A stretch of 64,000 nt of DNA from an uncultured Candidatus Entotheonella sp. (GCA_965217185.1 OZ244252.1:2784001-2848000); one strand, 5' to 3'. Shown: positions 1 to 15,819, numbered from the stretch's first letter. Numbers and translations are program-made. Notes: a model not told the origin generated them from the sequence alone.

Positions 1-48
1 GGCGTACAAGCCGCTGCCGCCGATCACCCCGATCTTGCCCTTGCGCAT
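1..48 (-). CDS. mtnP: 5' end of S-methyl-5'-thioadenosine/purine nucleoside phosphorylase (runs off window)
   Basis: Manual translation MRKGKIGVIGGSGLYA matches the MTAP N-terminal IGxIGGSGLY motif. Confidence 0.7.
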   Translation of the reverse strand, partial: MRKGKIGVIGGSGLYA

Positions 49-175
49 GTGTTGAAATTCCTCTTGCGTTGTGTTGGCACTGCAGCAGACCTGCAGAGAC
101 ATGTTTGTGTTGTTGGCACGCAGACGGCTTGTGGGATGCCAGCGCATCACCCCCCATCGAGGAAATAACCTGACC

Positions 176-199
176 GTCACTCCCGCGAAGGCGGGAATG
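176..199. repeat. Short palindrome GTCACTCCCGCGAAGGCGGGAAT beside the GIY-YIG gene
   Basis: TCCCGC-GAAG-GCGGGA hairpin; resembles TTCCCGC..GCGGGAA repeats often seen near small GIY-YIG genes. Confidence 0.5.
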
Positions 200-252
200 G
201 CCCCTGAAAGTTCATCGGAGAACTATCCGCATGGAGGTAGCCCCGCAGGCGT

Positions 253-537
253 TCAGCAGATTTCATCGAACAAGTCCGCCCATGCCGAGTTGCGTTTCCT
301 GATCAACCCAATCTCCCACGCTCGGTTCCATTTCCTGAGTGCCTTCTCCCTCCTGATGGCGCTTCCTCGTCTCATGGACTTCGTACCAAACCAGCCTGGG
401 AATCTGATAACGTTTTGTAAATCCTTCCACGCAGTCATTCTTGTGCTGCGATATCCGCTGGACGAGGTTAGCCGTTACGCCAATATGCAGGTGCCATTCG
501 GCTGGTTGGCAAGGATGTACACGCATGGCATTTTCAT
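253..537 (-). pseudogene. GIY-YIG nuclease (YhbQ/UPF0213-like), two frameshifts
   Basis: MKMPCVYILANQPNGT / LHIGVTANLVQRISQHKNDCVEGFTKRY..VWYEVHET / SAIRREKALRKWNRAW..WADL split over two reading frames. Confidence 0.8.
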
Positions 538-555
538 ACGTGAGTCTCTACATGT

Positions 556-1557
<1,002 letters not shown>

Positions 1558-1560
1558 GGC

Positions 1561-2652
1561 CTAGCCTGCACTCGCCGCGGCGTCGTTCAGAGCGGCGCAG
1601 ATCAAATCGCCCATTTGGACGGTGCCGACCCGCGTGGCGCCGGGCCGCATAACGTCGGCGGTGCGGTAGCCCTGATTCAGGACCGTCTCCACTGCCGCCT
1701 CGACGGCCTGCGCGGCGCGTGGTTCGTCCAGCGCATATTGCAGCATCATGGCGACCGAATTGACGGTGGCGATCGGATTGGCGACGTCCTGTCCGGCGAT
1801 GTCGGGGGCGCTGCCGTGCACGGGCTCGAAAACCCCCACCGTGCCGCCGAGGCTGGCAGACGGTAGCATACCGATGGAGCCGGTCAGCATGGCGGCCACG
1901 TCGCTCAGGATGTCGCCGAACAGGTTGCCGGTGACGATGACGTCGAACTGGCGCGGATTGCGGATAAGTTGCATGGCACAGTTGTCGACGTACAGATGAT
2001 CGAGTTCGACGTCGGCGTAGCCGCCGGCCAGTTCCGTCACCTCGCGGCGCCACAGTACCGACACGTCGAGCACGTTGGCCTTGTCCACCGAGGCCACCTT
2101 GCCGCGACGCTTGCGGGCCAGCTCAAAGGCCAAGCGCGTGATGCGGGCAATTTCGGCGCTGTTATAGCTCATGGTATTGACGCCGCGCTCGCCGCTGGCG
2201 TCGGGCTCGATGCCGCGCGGTTCGCCGAAATAAATGCCACCGACCAACTCCCGAACGACCAGCAGGTCGATATCCCGCACCACCTCGGGGCGCAGGCTCG
2301 ACGCCTCGATGAGGGCGCTGTAGAGCTTGGCTGGGCGCAGGTTGGCGAACAGGTCGAGCGCTTGCCGCAGCCTCAGCAGGCCGCGCTCGGGCCGTTTGTC
2401 CGGGGGCAGGTCGTCCCACTTGGGGCCGCCGACGGAGCCGAACAGAACCGCTTGGCTGTCGCGGCACAGTTGCAGGGTCGCTTCGGGCAGCGGATCGCCG
2501 GTCGCGTCGATGGCGGCGCCTCCAACCAAGCCCTCTTGTAATTCGCACCGGATGCCGAACGGTGCCTCCAGAGCGCACAAGACCTTGACACCCTGCGCCA
2601 CAACCTCCGGGCCGACACCATCTCCGGGTAACACTGCAATTCGGTACGTCAT
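1561..2652 (-). CDS. leuB: 3-isopropylmalate dehydrogenase
   Basis: [38 protein letters not shown]. Confidence 0.97.
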   Translation of the reverse strand: MTYRIAVLPGDGVGPEVVAQGVKVLCALEAPFGIRCELQEGLVGGAAIDATGDPLPEATLQLCRDSQAVLFGSVGGPKWDDLPPDKRPERGLLRLRQALDLFANLRPAKLYSALIEASSLRPEVVRDIDLLVVRELVGGIYFGEPRGIEPDASGERGVNTMSYNSAEIARITRLAFELARKRRGKVASVDKANVLDVSVLWRREVTELAGGYADVELDHLYVDNCAMQLIRNPRQFDVIVTGNLFGDILSDVAAMLTGSIGMLPSASLGGTVGVFEPVHGSAPDIAGQDVANPIATVNSVAMMLQYALDEPRAAQAVEAAVETVLNQGYRTADVMRPGATRVGTVQMGDLICAALNDAAASAG

Positions 2653-2692
2653 GTTTCCGTATACTCCCGCGTCAGGTCCGTTTCGCCGGGAC

Positions 2693-3040
2693 CTACTTGA
2701 AGATCAAACCTCTGAACAGAATCAGCACAATCGCGCCGACGAAGCTGAAGACCATCAGGCCGTAGAGTCGCACCAGCCAGTTGCGCATCTGCCGCATCTC
2801 GGCTCGGAAATCCAGCATCTGCTGGTTGAAGTCGTCGAAACGCTGGTCCACATGGGCGAAGCGCTGTTCGATATGGGCGAGGTCCTGTGCCCTCGCCTTC
2901 TCCATATAGGCGAAGCCCTGCTCCATACGCTTTTCAAGGCTGAGAAACCGCTGGTCGGCGCGCTCTTCAGCATGGTCAAAACGCTCCTCCATGCGCTTAA
3001 CGAACTCCTCGAAATGCTCCCTGCTAACGTACTCGGCCAT
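2693..3040 (-). CDS. Small coiled-coil protein with C-terminal TM helix (DUF1640/CCDC90/Bdr-like)
   Basis: [25 protein letters not shown] repeats, hydrophobic C-terminus; start overlaps the trpF stop (TGATG). Confidence 0.7.
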   Translation of the reverse strand: MAEYVSREHFEEFVKRMEERFDHAEERADQRFLSLEKRMEQGFAYMEKARAQDLAHIEQRFAHVDQRFDDFNQQMLDFRAEMRQMRNWLVRLYGLMVFSFVGAIVLILFRGLIFK

Positions 3041-3675
3041 CAGGGGCCCTCCTGTCTTCCATTCGTCATCGACTTGGCGCGCTTCACGAAGTCCCGCACC
3101 TTGGCGGCGTCCTTTGTCCCCGGCCTCGCCTCGACGCCGCTGCACACGTCAACCGCGTAGGGCCGCACGGTGTCGATGGCTTCCTGGACATTGTCCGGCG
3201 TCAGCCCGCCAGCCAGGATGATGCGTCCGTAGCCGTGCAGCGACGCCACCCGCTGCCAATCGGCCTTGACGCCGCCGCCGCCATAGAGCTCGCCGTGGAA
3301 GCCTTCGATCAGAAAGGCATCGACAGGGTAATTCGGCATCATTTCTGGCTGCACTTGGTCGGTGAAGCGCAGGGCTTTGATACAGCGCCACGGCAGGCGG
3401 CGGCACAGGTCGGGGCTTTCATCGCCGTGCAACTGCACCCGGCTGACACCGCTTTGCCGCACTACCTGCGTGATCGTCTCGAAGCTCTCGTTGACGAACA
3501 CGCCGACGGCCGGCAGATCTGCCGGCAGGCTGGCGACGATGGCGCCGGCCTGTTCGGGAGTCACGTAGCGGGGGCTGGGAGGGTAGAAGATCAGGCCGAT
3601 CATATCGGTGCCGGCGTCCACCGCCACGCCGGCGTCGGCAGCCGAGGTGACGCCGCAAATTTTGACGAGGGTCAT
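3040..3675 (-). CDS. trpF: Phosphoribosylanthranilate isomerase
   Basis: VKICGVT, VQLHGDES, ILAGGLTPDNV, VDVCSGVE. Confidence 0.95.
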   Translation of the reverse strand: MTLVKICGVTSAADAGVAVDAGTDMIGLIFYPPSPRYVTPEQAGAIVASLPADLPAVGVFVNESFETITQVVRQSGVSRVQLHGDESPDLCRRLPWRCIKALRFTDQVQPEMMPNYPVDAFLIEGFHGELYGGGGVKADWQRVASLHGYGRIILAGGLTPDNVQEAIDTVRPYAVDVCSGVEARPGTKDAAKVRDFVKRAKSMTNGRQEGP

Positions 3676-3685
3676 GATGGGCACC

Positions 3686-4489
3686 CTAGGACGCGGGCGC
3701 GACGCCGCGAAGCTGATCCAGCTTCGCACCGATGTCGGGCTCGCGCATCAGGGATTCACCGACGAGAAACGCCGCCACGCCGTGGGCTTCGAGGCGTTCG
3801 ACGGTCGCGCGGTCCCGGATGCCGCTCTCGCTGACCACCCGGTGGCCGGACGGAACCTGGGGCAGAAGTTCCAGGGTGGTCGCCACGTCGGTGTGAAAGG
3901 TGTGAAGGTCGCGGTTGTTGATGCCGAGCAGGCGGCAGTCGCAGGATAGCGCCTTTTCCAGCTCCGCGGCGGTGTGCACCTCGACGAACGGTTCCAGGCC
4001 GAGCTCGCGGCTCAGGGACGCCAGATCGGCCAGAACCGGCACTTCCAAGGCCGAAGCGATCAGCAGCACCGCGTCGGCGCCGTACAACCGCGCCTCGTAG
4101 AGCTGGTATGCGTCGAGGATGAAGTCCTTGCGCAGGAGCGGCAACGCCACATGCTGCCGAACGGCTTGCAGAACGGCCAGGTCACCCTGAAAGAACGGCT
4201 TGTCCGTTAGCACCGAGATGGCTGCGGCGCTGTGGCGGGCGTATGTGGCGGCGATGGCGAGCGGATCGAAATCGGCGCGGATGACGCCGGCGGAAGGCGA
4301 CGCCTTCTTGATTTCGGCGATGATGCGCGTCCCCCTGCCGTCATGAGCTTGCAGGGCGCTCCAGAGGTCGCGCGTGGGCGGCAGTGATTCGGCCTCGCGC
4401 CGCAGGGTATCGAGCGGCACGGCTTGCCGCGCGCGGGCGACCTCCTGCCGTTTGCTGTCCAGGATACGCGCTAGGATGTCGGCGACCAT
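3686..4489 (-). CDS. trpC: Indole-3-glycerol phosphate synthase
   Basis: IAEIKKASPS, LRKDFI, GINNRDL, VSESGI. Confidence 0.95.
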   Translation of the reverse strand: MVADILARILDSKRQEVARARQAVPLDTLRREAESLPPTRDLWSALQAHDGRGTRIIAEIKKASPSAGVIRADFDPLAIAATYARHSAAAISVLTDKPFFQGDLAVLQAVRQHVALPLLRKDFILDAYQLYEARLYGADAVLLIASALEVPVLADLASLSRELGLEPFVEVHTAAELEKALSCDCRLLGINNRDLHTFHTDVATTLELLPQVPSGHRVVSESGIRDRATVERLEAHGVAAFLVGESLMREPDIGAKLDQLRGVAPAS

Positions 4490-5517
4490 TGTTGGGTAAA
4501 CTCCCGCAATTGTTCGAGCTTGGCGAAGGCGCGGCCGCTTTTGAGGGACTCGCGCGCCTGCGGCAAGCAATCGGCGATACTCTGATCGGCGGTGCCGGCG
4601 GCAATCGCGGCGGCGGCGTTCAGCAGCACGATGTCGCGTTGGGGTGATGCCTCGTCGCCCAAAATCCGCTTCACCAAGTCGGCATTGTGAGCGGCCTCAC
4701 CGCCCTGCAGATCGGTAGGACGGGCGCGCGTCACGCCGAAATCTTCCGGGCGCACCTCGTAGGTATGCACCTCGCCGCTGCGCAGTTCCGAGACTATCGT
4801 GGTGCCGGTCGTGGTCAGTTCGTCCAGGCCGTCGCTGCCGTGCACCACGAAGGCGCGCTCAGCGCCGAGGTTGTGCAGCACCGCGGCCAGCACCGGGGTC
4901 AGCTTACTGTCGTACACCCCCACCAACTGGTGCCGGGCGTGGGCCGGATTGGTCAGAGGGCCGAGAATGTTGAAGATCGTCCGTACGCCGATTTCTCGTC
5001 GCGGGCCGATGGCGTGACGCATGGCGCCATGGAGCGCCGGGGCGAACAGAAAGCCGATGCCCACCTCGGCGATGGCCGCCTCCACGCCGGCGGGTTCAAG
5101 CGACACGTCGACGCCCAGTGCCTCCAGCACGTCGGCGCTGCCGCACTTGCTGGAAGCTGCCCGGTTGCCGTGTTTGGCCATGATCACCCCGGCGCCCGCG
5201 GCTACGAACGCCGCCGCCGTCGAAATGTTGAACGTGCCCGCAGCGTCGCCGCCCGTGCCGGCGGTATCCACCGGCGTGCTGCCCACCGGGGTGCGGATGA
5301 ACGTCGCCTTGTCCCGCATCACCCGCGCGCAGCCGGTGATCTCCGCGACGCTCTCGCCCTTCGCCCGCAGGCCGATCAGAAAGGCGGCTATCTGCGCCGG
5401 CGTCGCCGCCCCCTCCATGATCTCGGTCATCACCTCTACGGCTTCCGCTTCGGTGAGATGCCTCCCCTCGACGACCGCCCGGATGCCCACTCTCATCATG
5501 GCTGATTTCCTATCCAT
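4471..5517 (-). CDS. trpD: Anthranilate phosphoribosyltransferase
   Basis: DTAGTGGD, FNIST, KHGNRAASSKCGSADVLEALG. Confidence 0.96.
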   Translation of the reverse strand: MDRKSAMMRVGIRAVVEGRHLTEAEAVEVMTEIMEGAATPAQIAAFLIGLRAKGESVAEITGCARVMRDKATFIRTPVGSTPVDTAGTGGDAAGTFNISTAAAFVAAGAGVIMAKHGNRAASSKCGSADVLEALGVDVSLEPAGVEAAIAEVGIGFLFAPALHGAMRHAIGPRREIGVRTIFNILGPLTNPAHARHQLVGVYDSKLTPVLAAVLHNLGAERAFVVHGSDGLDELTTTGTTIVSELRSGEVHTYEVRPEDFGVTRARPTDLQGGEAAHNADLVKRILGDEASPQRDIVLLNAAAAIAAGTADQSIADCLPQARESLKSGRAFAKLEQLREFTQQWSPTS

Positions 5518-5815
5518 AACCCCAATGTATCTCTCAATTTATGGGCGGCGACCTTATCACACGGACCGGCAAAAGGCAAAACGCGCGGTGGGGGATGGTC
5601 CTCAGTATCGACGAGGGGTTGCGGGGCGCGGACCGGTAGGCGCGGCGGGTGGATCTGCGCTGGATACAAACGGCCTCAATTTCTGGAGGTCAGTCCACTG
5701 GCAGGGCTGCATCCGAGGCACTCGGACTTGCCCATTTTGTGTTGGCTGGCGGGGATTGGCTATGACGCGTTGATCGATTTGATCGTGGCCTCCGCGTGTC
5801 GACGCGCCTGACTGA

Positions 5816-6691
5816 TCACTGTCCTGAGGTCGTCGTAAAGGGCGACCTTATCAGCGTAACGTTCCGGGTGACGTCCTTCGCATGCAGGTACCTGACGGAG
5901 CCGGCCACCCGCAGCAGGGCTTGGTGGTCGATGTCGCCGACCATGGAATAGGTCACGCCGGCGCGCTGCCACAATATAACCGGACGGCCCTCGACGTGCC
6001 GTACGTAGAAGTTTCCGGCTTCGGTCGGTGTCATGCGCCGGTCAGGGAGCGACAGGGCGGCATCCCGGAGAGCGAACACCAGCAGGTCCGAGCCCTCGTG
6101 CCTGTACTTCATCGCCAAGCCCTTGCGGTCCCGTAGTCGGCACAGGCGGCCCCCCACCAACTGCGCAGCTTTGTCGGTAATGCAGGGCACGTGCAAGGAT
6201 TGGCCGATGACGTCGTTGGCCCACCGAATGAGTTGGCCGTCGTCACTTGTCTTGACCTCCATGGGTACGTCCTGGTCCAGGTAGGTGTGATAGGCCATGG
6301 CAGTCTCGTGCACGAATTTGTTCGCCGCGTTGTCCCCGCTTAACAGGTCGCGCACCGGGCTCAGGAACACCAGCAGCATGGCTGCGGCCAGCGCTGCGCC
6401 AAGGCCGACGTCTCGCCACTGCACAGCTTCGCGCAGCGTTGCTAACTGCGGCCAGCGATGCCTGCGCTGTTGCATGGCACGCCGGATCAATTGCTGTTTT
6501 TCCACCTGCGGCAAGGGTGCCGTGGCCGCCTGCTGACGCACCGCGGCCCGCACGGCACGCTCAGCCGCTACTAGATCAGTGCACTCCGGGCATTCTTGCA
6601 GATGCTCCTGCACGTCCAGGCTTTCCTTTACGCCCAGCGCCTGATCGAGAAAAAACGCCAGATATTTCCTACATCGCTCACAAGACAACAT
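5816..6691 (-). CDS. Zinc-finger (zf-HC2) membrane anti-sigma factor
   Basis: HLQECPEC motif, one TM helix, directly downstream of ECF sigma. Confidence 0.85.
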   Translation of the reverse strand: MLSCERCRKYLAFFLDQALGVKESLDVQEHLQECPECTDLVAAERAVRAAVRQQAATAPLPQVEKQQLIRRAMQQRRHRWPQLATLREAVQWRDVGLGAALAAAMLLVFLSPVRDLLSGDNAANKFVHETAMAYHTYLDQDVPMEVKTSDDGQLIRWANDVIGQSLHVPCITDKAAQLVGGRLCRLRDRKGLAMKYRHEGSDLLVFALRDAALSLPDRRMTPTEAGNFYVRHVEGRPVILWQRAGVTYSMVGDIDHQALLRVAGSVRYLHAKDVTRNVTLIRSPFTTTSGQ

Positions 6692-6694
6692 GGC

Positions 6695-7267
6695 TTAGTC
6701 CTTAACGTATCCGTTCTTGCGCGCGAACTCCGCGAGACTCTTTCGCAGCAACCGTCGCCCGCGAAACAGACGGCTCATCACCGTTCCTTCCGGGCAGTCG
6801 ATGATGGCGGCGATTTCCTTGTACGAAAATTCGGCCATGTCGGCCAACAAGACGACCATGCGATAGACCTCGGGGATCGCGTCCAAGGCGCGTTTAACGT
6901 CGTCCTGAACGACATGCCGCAGCACCTCTTCCAGGGAGGCTTGATCGGTCCATTCGGGGAACGGGGTCGGGTCGGCATAGAAGGGCTCGACACGTTCAAA
7001 ATCCGTCTGCTCCTGCTGCCGCGAGGCTTTTCGATAGGTATTGATGTGTGTGTTCCGTAGAATCGTAAACAACCACGCCTTGATATTTGTTCCAGGTTCG
7101 AAACGATCAAAGAAGCGATACGCCTTGAGGTAGGTCTCCTGAACCAAGTCCTGGGCCTCATGGACGTTGCGGGTCAGGCGCATGGCGGTGCTGTAGAGCA
7201 CGTCGAAGTGCTCAAGGGCGACGGCTTCGAATTCCTCTTGGCGGCTTATGGCATCTCGTTCAGCCAT
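6695..7267 (-). CDS. ECF RNA polymerase sigma factor
   Basis: AQDLVQETYLKAY, KAWLFTILRN, SYKEIA..GTVMSRLFRGR; start chosen at MAERD after GAGGA RBS. Confidence 0.93.
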   Translation of the reverse strand: MAERDAISRQEEFEAVALEHFDVLYSTAMRLTRNVHEAQDLVQETYLKAYRFFDRFEPGTNIKAWLFTILRNTHINTYRKASRQQEQTDFERVEPFYADPTPFPEWTDQASLEEVLRHVVQDDVKRALDAIPEVYRMVVLLADMAEFSYKEIAAIIDCPEGTVMSRLFRGRRLLRKSLAEFARKNGYVKD

Positions 7268-7650
7268 GGCTGTCCTCTTCGGCTTGCCCAGGTAACCGGC
7301 AGGTGGAGGTGGGGTATCAGTAGGCAGGTTACTCACTGGCTCGGTGTTTGTGATCGTACAGGTAGGCCCACAGGCAGATGAGACCTTACTCAATGAAGGC
7401 AAAGATGCCGGGCCATTCAAATCCGTTATCAGGCATTGTCGTTTGAATCTTCCAGGAAGTATGCCGCGATAAAGATCAATACGGCTCCCGGCAAATATAG
7501 CACAAAGTCAGGAGCTTTCTAGCTATCCGGTCTCCATGGATGAGTCTCGCAAGGGGGACGCCCTGGCTGGTGTCCGAGAGGTATTTGACCCTTATGCCTT
7601 GGGATTGGGCGAAGCTGGTACGTTCTTGCCAGCGGGTGCGGGACGAGGCG

Positions 7651-9675
7651 TCAGGTTGTGCCGAAACGGCTGAGGGCGCGCTCGGCACTGCGGCGCACCT
7701 GCGGGTTACCGTCACCCAGCAGATCGCGAAGCGCGGGCAAGGCGCGCTCGTCCGCCAAGTGGCTGAGGGCCAGGGCGGCGCTCTCGCGTAGCAGCGGGTA
7801 GGTCTCGCGCAGGGCCACGATGAGATGCGGCACGGCGCGGCGGTCGCCCTGGCGGCCCAGCGCCTCAGCGGCAATGCGGCCAACTTCCTTGTCTTCGTCG
7901 GTCAGCATGGGAATCAGTGCGTGCACCACGTCGGCCCCGGCCAGGTTGCCGAGGGCGCGGGTGGCAATCCAGCGCACGTCACTGTTGCCGTCGGCCAGTG
8001 CTTCGATCAGCACCGCGGCCGTTTGCGGCAGGGCGACGTCGGCCAAGGATTGCACTGCGGCGCTGCGGACTCTCCCCTCGGCGTCGTGCAGCATGAAGCG
8101 CAGAAGCGCCACCGCCAACGGAGTCGAGAAGCCGCCCAGGGCCGTTGCCATGCGCTGCCGTTCGACAATCCCGCAAGTCGCCAGCAGGCGGTGAAAAGGC
8201 GTCAGCAGCATGACGTTCCACAGGTCCTCATCGGCCAGTGGAATCCCGTCCACGAGCCCGGCCAGAGCCGGGAGCCGGGCGCGCTGACCTTCATACACAT
8301 GCGAAAGAATGGCGGCGGCGAGGCGCCGGAGCCTCGCCCGTTGCCGCCGGGCAGTCGGATCGGGATGCAGAAACGATTGCAAGGATGCCTGGATGCCCGT
8401 GTGACCCGTCGTGTATCGCATGCTGTACGGATCGTGGTGTAACAGGCCGTAACGCACGCCTTGCCCCAGCAGCTTTTCGATGCCGGCGCGGAGGGCGGCG
8501 GGGTCGGGCGGCGAGGCTTCATCGCTGCAGCGGATCATGAACTCTTCAACGCCAACCTGTTTGCCCGGCGGCAGGAATGCCCAGGCTTCCAGAAGCTCAT
8601 GCCACAACGGCGCAGCGTCGGAATGGTCGCGGGCAATGCGTCGCACGATGCGGCCCACGAGGGCGTCGGTGTCGTCTCGAACGAGGTCGCGCACCGCTTG
8701 CGCCGCGGCGTCCTCCGCCACCGCTGCTGCAAGAAAAGACCAAGCCGGTGCATGGGTGTCGCGTACCTCGCTAAGCGCCTCCCGCCAGGGCGTCCGGACG
8801 GCGCTCGGCAGGCAGCGCGCCAACTGCTGGTGCAGGCGTTCCCGCTCCTCACCGGCCAGAGGTTTGAGGGTGCAGGTTGTCAGCGCAGTCCCCTCCGACA
8901 GCGCTTGCCGAATGAGCTCAACGGCCTCGGCAGGCCCGGCCCACACGACCAGCGCCGGCATGCCGGCTTGGTTCAGGGCATCAGCGAGGGCTGCCCAGGC
9001 CGCGCGGAAAGGCTCGGCTTGCACCGCCTCCACCTGATCGACGACCACAACCAGCACCGCCTTGCCCGCTTCGATGCGCCCGCGCATCGCTCCGATCAGG
9101 TCCGTCCAGCGCCGTTGCGGGTCCCGCGACGACGCATCGCCCGCGCGGTTCAGTCCTGCCAGCGCCGTTGCCGCGCCGACCGCCCAAGGGTGCTGCCGCA
9201 CACGCGCCAACAGGCTCGCCAACGGCGCCGCGCTCTGTCCCGACTGCGCCCTGTCCGTCCCGGCAATCATGCGGGTGAAGTCCGCATCGTCCCAGCTCAG
9301 TCCCTTCAGACTGCGCAGACGCCGGGTGTCGCGGTATGCCTTCTGCACAATCTGCTGGCTTCTTGCCCGCAAGCCGGCAAGCAGCGAGGCGAACACATCC
9401 TGCGCCAGCAGGCAATCCGCCGCATTCACCGGCACCAGCAGCACCCCGGACGGCTGGCAGCGCCGCGCCACGAATTCCTCCAGCAGCGCCGATTTGCCGC
9501 TCCCCGACGGCCCCTGCAACACCACGAATACCTGCCTGCCCTGGGTCGCCTGTCGCAAACCGGCGTCCAGTTCGGTCAACACCGCTTCCCGACCGATGAA
9601 CGGCACCCGCAGCAGCGGCTTGTGGCGCGTACGGCGGTATCTTGTTAGCAAGCTTTGAATCCAGGGCAGGCGCAT
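7651..9675 (-). CDS. AAA/STAND-like P-loop ATPase with C-terminal HEAT repeats
   Basis: FIGRE..L, Walker A GPSGSGKS, VVVVDQ Walker B-like, PBS-lyase HEAT repeats. Confidence 0.8.
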   Translation of the reverse strand: MRLPWIQSLLTRYRRTRHKPLLRVPFIGREAVLTELDAGLRQATQGRQVFVVLQGPSGSGKSALLEEFVARRCQPSGVLLVPVNAADCLLAQDVFASLLAGLRARSQQIVQKAYRDTRRLRSLKGLSWDDADFTRMIAGTDRAQSGQSAAPLASLLARVRQHPWAVGAATALAGLNRAGDASSRDPQRRWTDLIGAMRGRIEAGKAVLVVVVDQVEAVQAEPFRAAWAALADALNQAGMPALVVWAGPAEAVELIRQALSEGTALTTCTLKPLAGEERERLHQQLARCLPSAVRTPWREALSEVRDTHAPAWSFLAAAVAEDAAAQAVRDLVRDDTDALVGRIVRRIARDHSDAAPLWHELLEAWAFLPPGKQVGVEEFMIRCSDEASPPDPAALRAGIEKLLGQGVRYGLLHHDPYSMRYTTGHTGIQASLQSFLHPDPTARRQRARLRRLAAAILSHVYEGQRARLPALAGLVDGIPLADEDLWNVMLLTPFHRLLATCGIVERQRMATALGGFSTPLAVALLRFMLHDAEGRVRSAAVQSLADVALPQTAAVLIEALADGNSDVRWIATRALGNLAGADVVHALIPMLTDEDKEVGRIAAEALGRQGDRRAVPHLIVALRETYPLLRESAALALSHLADERALPALRDLLGDGNPQVRRSAERALSRFGTT

Positions 9676-9737
9676 GGTGGCACCTCGTGGAATGGCGAAA
9701 AGACAATAGGCGAGAAGGCCGCCGACCGGCGCGGGCG

Positions 9738-10196
9738 TTATGCGGGAGGGCTGGAAACGGGATCGGAAGCGGCAACCGGGTTGTCTTCAGACGGCGCCAC
9801 TTGGTCCTTGATACGGTCGAGAATGCCGTTGATGAAGGATGGCGCGTCGTCGGCGCCGTAGCGCTTGGCCACCTCGATGGCCTCATTGATGGTCACGTTA
9901 GGCGGGATTTCCGGCATGAACAGCAGTTCGTAGATGGCAAACCGCAGGATGTTGCGCTCCACCAGGCCGATGCGCTCCAATGACCAGTTGGCGCTCCATT
10001 CCCGGATGAGGGCGTCGATCTCGTCACGAGAGGCGATCACACCGCGCAGCAGGGCGCCGGTGAATTCCCGCGTACGCCCCGCCGTGAGCGCGTGTGCCCA
10101 TGAACTGGCCAGCACAGCCTCCACGTCCGCGTGGGTGATCTCGACCGCGTACAGAAGCTGCAGGGCCGCTTCTCGCCCTCGGCGTCGTGTGGCCAT
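9738..10196 (-). CDS. nusB: Transcription antitermination factor NusB
   Basis: RRRGREAALQLLY, INEAIEVAKRYG, FINGILD. Confidence 0.96.
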   Translation of the reverse strand: MATRRRGREAALQLLYAVEITHADVEAVLASSWAHALTAGRTREFTGALLRGVIASRDEIDALIREWSANWSLERIGLVERNILRFAIYELLFMPEIPPNVTINEAIEVAKRYGADDAPSFINGILDRIKDQVAPSEDNPVAASDPVSSPPA

Positions 10197-10211
10197 TTCG
10201 AGACTCCGTTG

Positions 10212-10700
10212 CTAGCTGCCGCTCGCTTTGGCGTGCAGCTGGTGATACAGGTTCGCCATTTCCATGGCCGAAACGGCTGCCTCCCAGCCTTTATTCCCGG
10301 CCTTGCTGCCGGCGCGCTCGATCGCCTGCTCCAGCGTATCGGTGGTCAGCACCCCGAAACTTACCGGCACGCCACTGTTCAAGGCCGTATTGGCGATACC
10401 GTTGGCCGCCGCGGCAGCGATGTAGTCAAAATGCGGCGTGGCTCCCCGAATCAGCGTGCCGAGGCAAATGACAGCATCACCGGCGCGCCCGTTATCGACC
10501 AGTTTACGCGCCATCAGGGGCACCTCGAACGAGCCCGGCACCCGGTACACCGTGATTGCCTCGTCGCTGGCGCCGTGCCGCACCAGGGCATCTACGGCGC
10601 CGTCGAGCAGGCGCTCGGTAATGAACTCGTTAAACCGGCTGACGATAATGGCGAACTCCAGGCCGGCGGCGGACAGGTGGCCTTCGACAAAACGGGGCAT
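10212..10700 (-). CDS. ribH: 6,7-dimethyl-8-ribityllumazine synthase
   Basis: [34 protein letters not shown]. Confidence 0.96.
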   Translation of the reverse strand: MPRFVEGHLSAAGLEFAIIVSRFNEFITERLLDGAVDALVRHGASDEAITVYRVPGSFEVPLMARKLVDNGRAGDAVICLGTLIRGATPHFDYIAAAAANGIANTALNSGVPVSFGVLTTDTLEQAIERAGSKAGNKGWEAAVSAMEMANLYHQLHAKASGS

Positions 10701-10754
10701 GGCGATTTCCTTTTCCTTGGCTGTCACACGCACCGGCACGCGCGGCGCTGGCGG

Positions 10755-12004
<1,250 letters not shown>

Positions 12005-12008
<4 letters not shown>

Positions 12009-13158
12009 CGCGTGTGCTCCTTCTTCCCGTCTGCCTCCGGCGCACACGCAGACCACGCCGGGTAGGCTTCCAGCATGATATCGCCGCCAACCTGCCGGCT
12101 CGTGAGGTCCCGCAACGACAAGGCCTGGTCCATGGTATCGACCCCGCAAGGTCCGAAAACGCTGATGCCATCGCCGCCGATGATCTTCGGCGCCACGAAG
12201 AACACCATTTTGTCAATCAGGCGCTGCTCTAGCAAGGCCGCCGTCAGCACCGCGCCGCCCTCCACAAGAACGCTGGCGATGCCGCGCTCGCCGAGAACCG
12301 TGCACAGGGCGTCCAGATTCACCCGGCCGTCACCGCAGGCCGGCAGGCGAATCACCTCCACGCAGCGTTCCTGCAAAGCCCGCACTTTGGCGTCAGTGGC
12401 CTGATCGGTGGTGGCGATCAAGGTACGTCTGTCTTGCGCCACGTCGGCCACCTGCGCCATTGGGGCAAGTCGCAGGGTACTGTCAACCACGATGCGCAGC
12501 GGGTTGGCGCCGCGTTGGCCCGGCAGGCGTGTGGTGAGTTGCGGATCGTCCTGCAAGACGGTGCCGATGCCCACCAGAATCGCGTCGTTGGTATGTCGCA
12601 ACTGGTGTCCGGCGGCGCGGGCCGCCTCGCCGGTTATCCAGCGCGAGGCGCCGCTGCGGGTGGCGATTTTACCGTCCAGGGTGATGGCGCTCTTGCTGGT
12701 GACAAACGGCCGCCGCGTGGTGATGTACTTGACAAAGGCTTCGTTGAGTTGCCGGGCCTCAGCTTCGCAGACGCCAACGGTGACGTCAATGCCCGCGCTT
12801 TCGAGCCGTAACAGGCCACCGCCATCGACTCGTGGATTCGGATCCCGCATGGCCACCACCACCCGTCCGACTTGCGCCTGCAGGATGGCATCGACACACG
12901 GCGGCGTCTTGCCCGTATGGCAGCACGGTTCCAGCGTGACGTAGAGCACCGCCCCCCGGGCTCGACTTCCGGCCTCGCGCAGGGCGTACACCTCGGCGTG
13001 CGGGCCGCCGAAACGCTGGTGGTATCCACGCCCGACGACCTCGCCGTCTTTGGCAATGACGCACCCCACCAGCGGATTGGGGCTGACCCAACCCGTGCCT
13101 GCCGCGGCGAGTTCCAGGGCGCTCCGCATGTGTCGGATATCGGCGTCCGCATCAATAG

Positions 13159-13162
<4 letters not shown>
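12005..13162 (-). CDS. ribD: Riboflavin biosynthesis deaminase/reductase
   Basis: PNPLVG, HAE, TLEPCCHTGKTPPC, LVEGG. Confidence 0.96.

Positions 13163-15811
<2,649 letters not shown>

Positions 15812-15819
<8 letters not shown>

Noticed and set aside
5520..5810. trp attenuator/leader peptide upstream of trpD
   Set aside because: No Trp-rich leader peptide or clear terminator was found.
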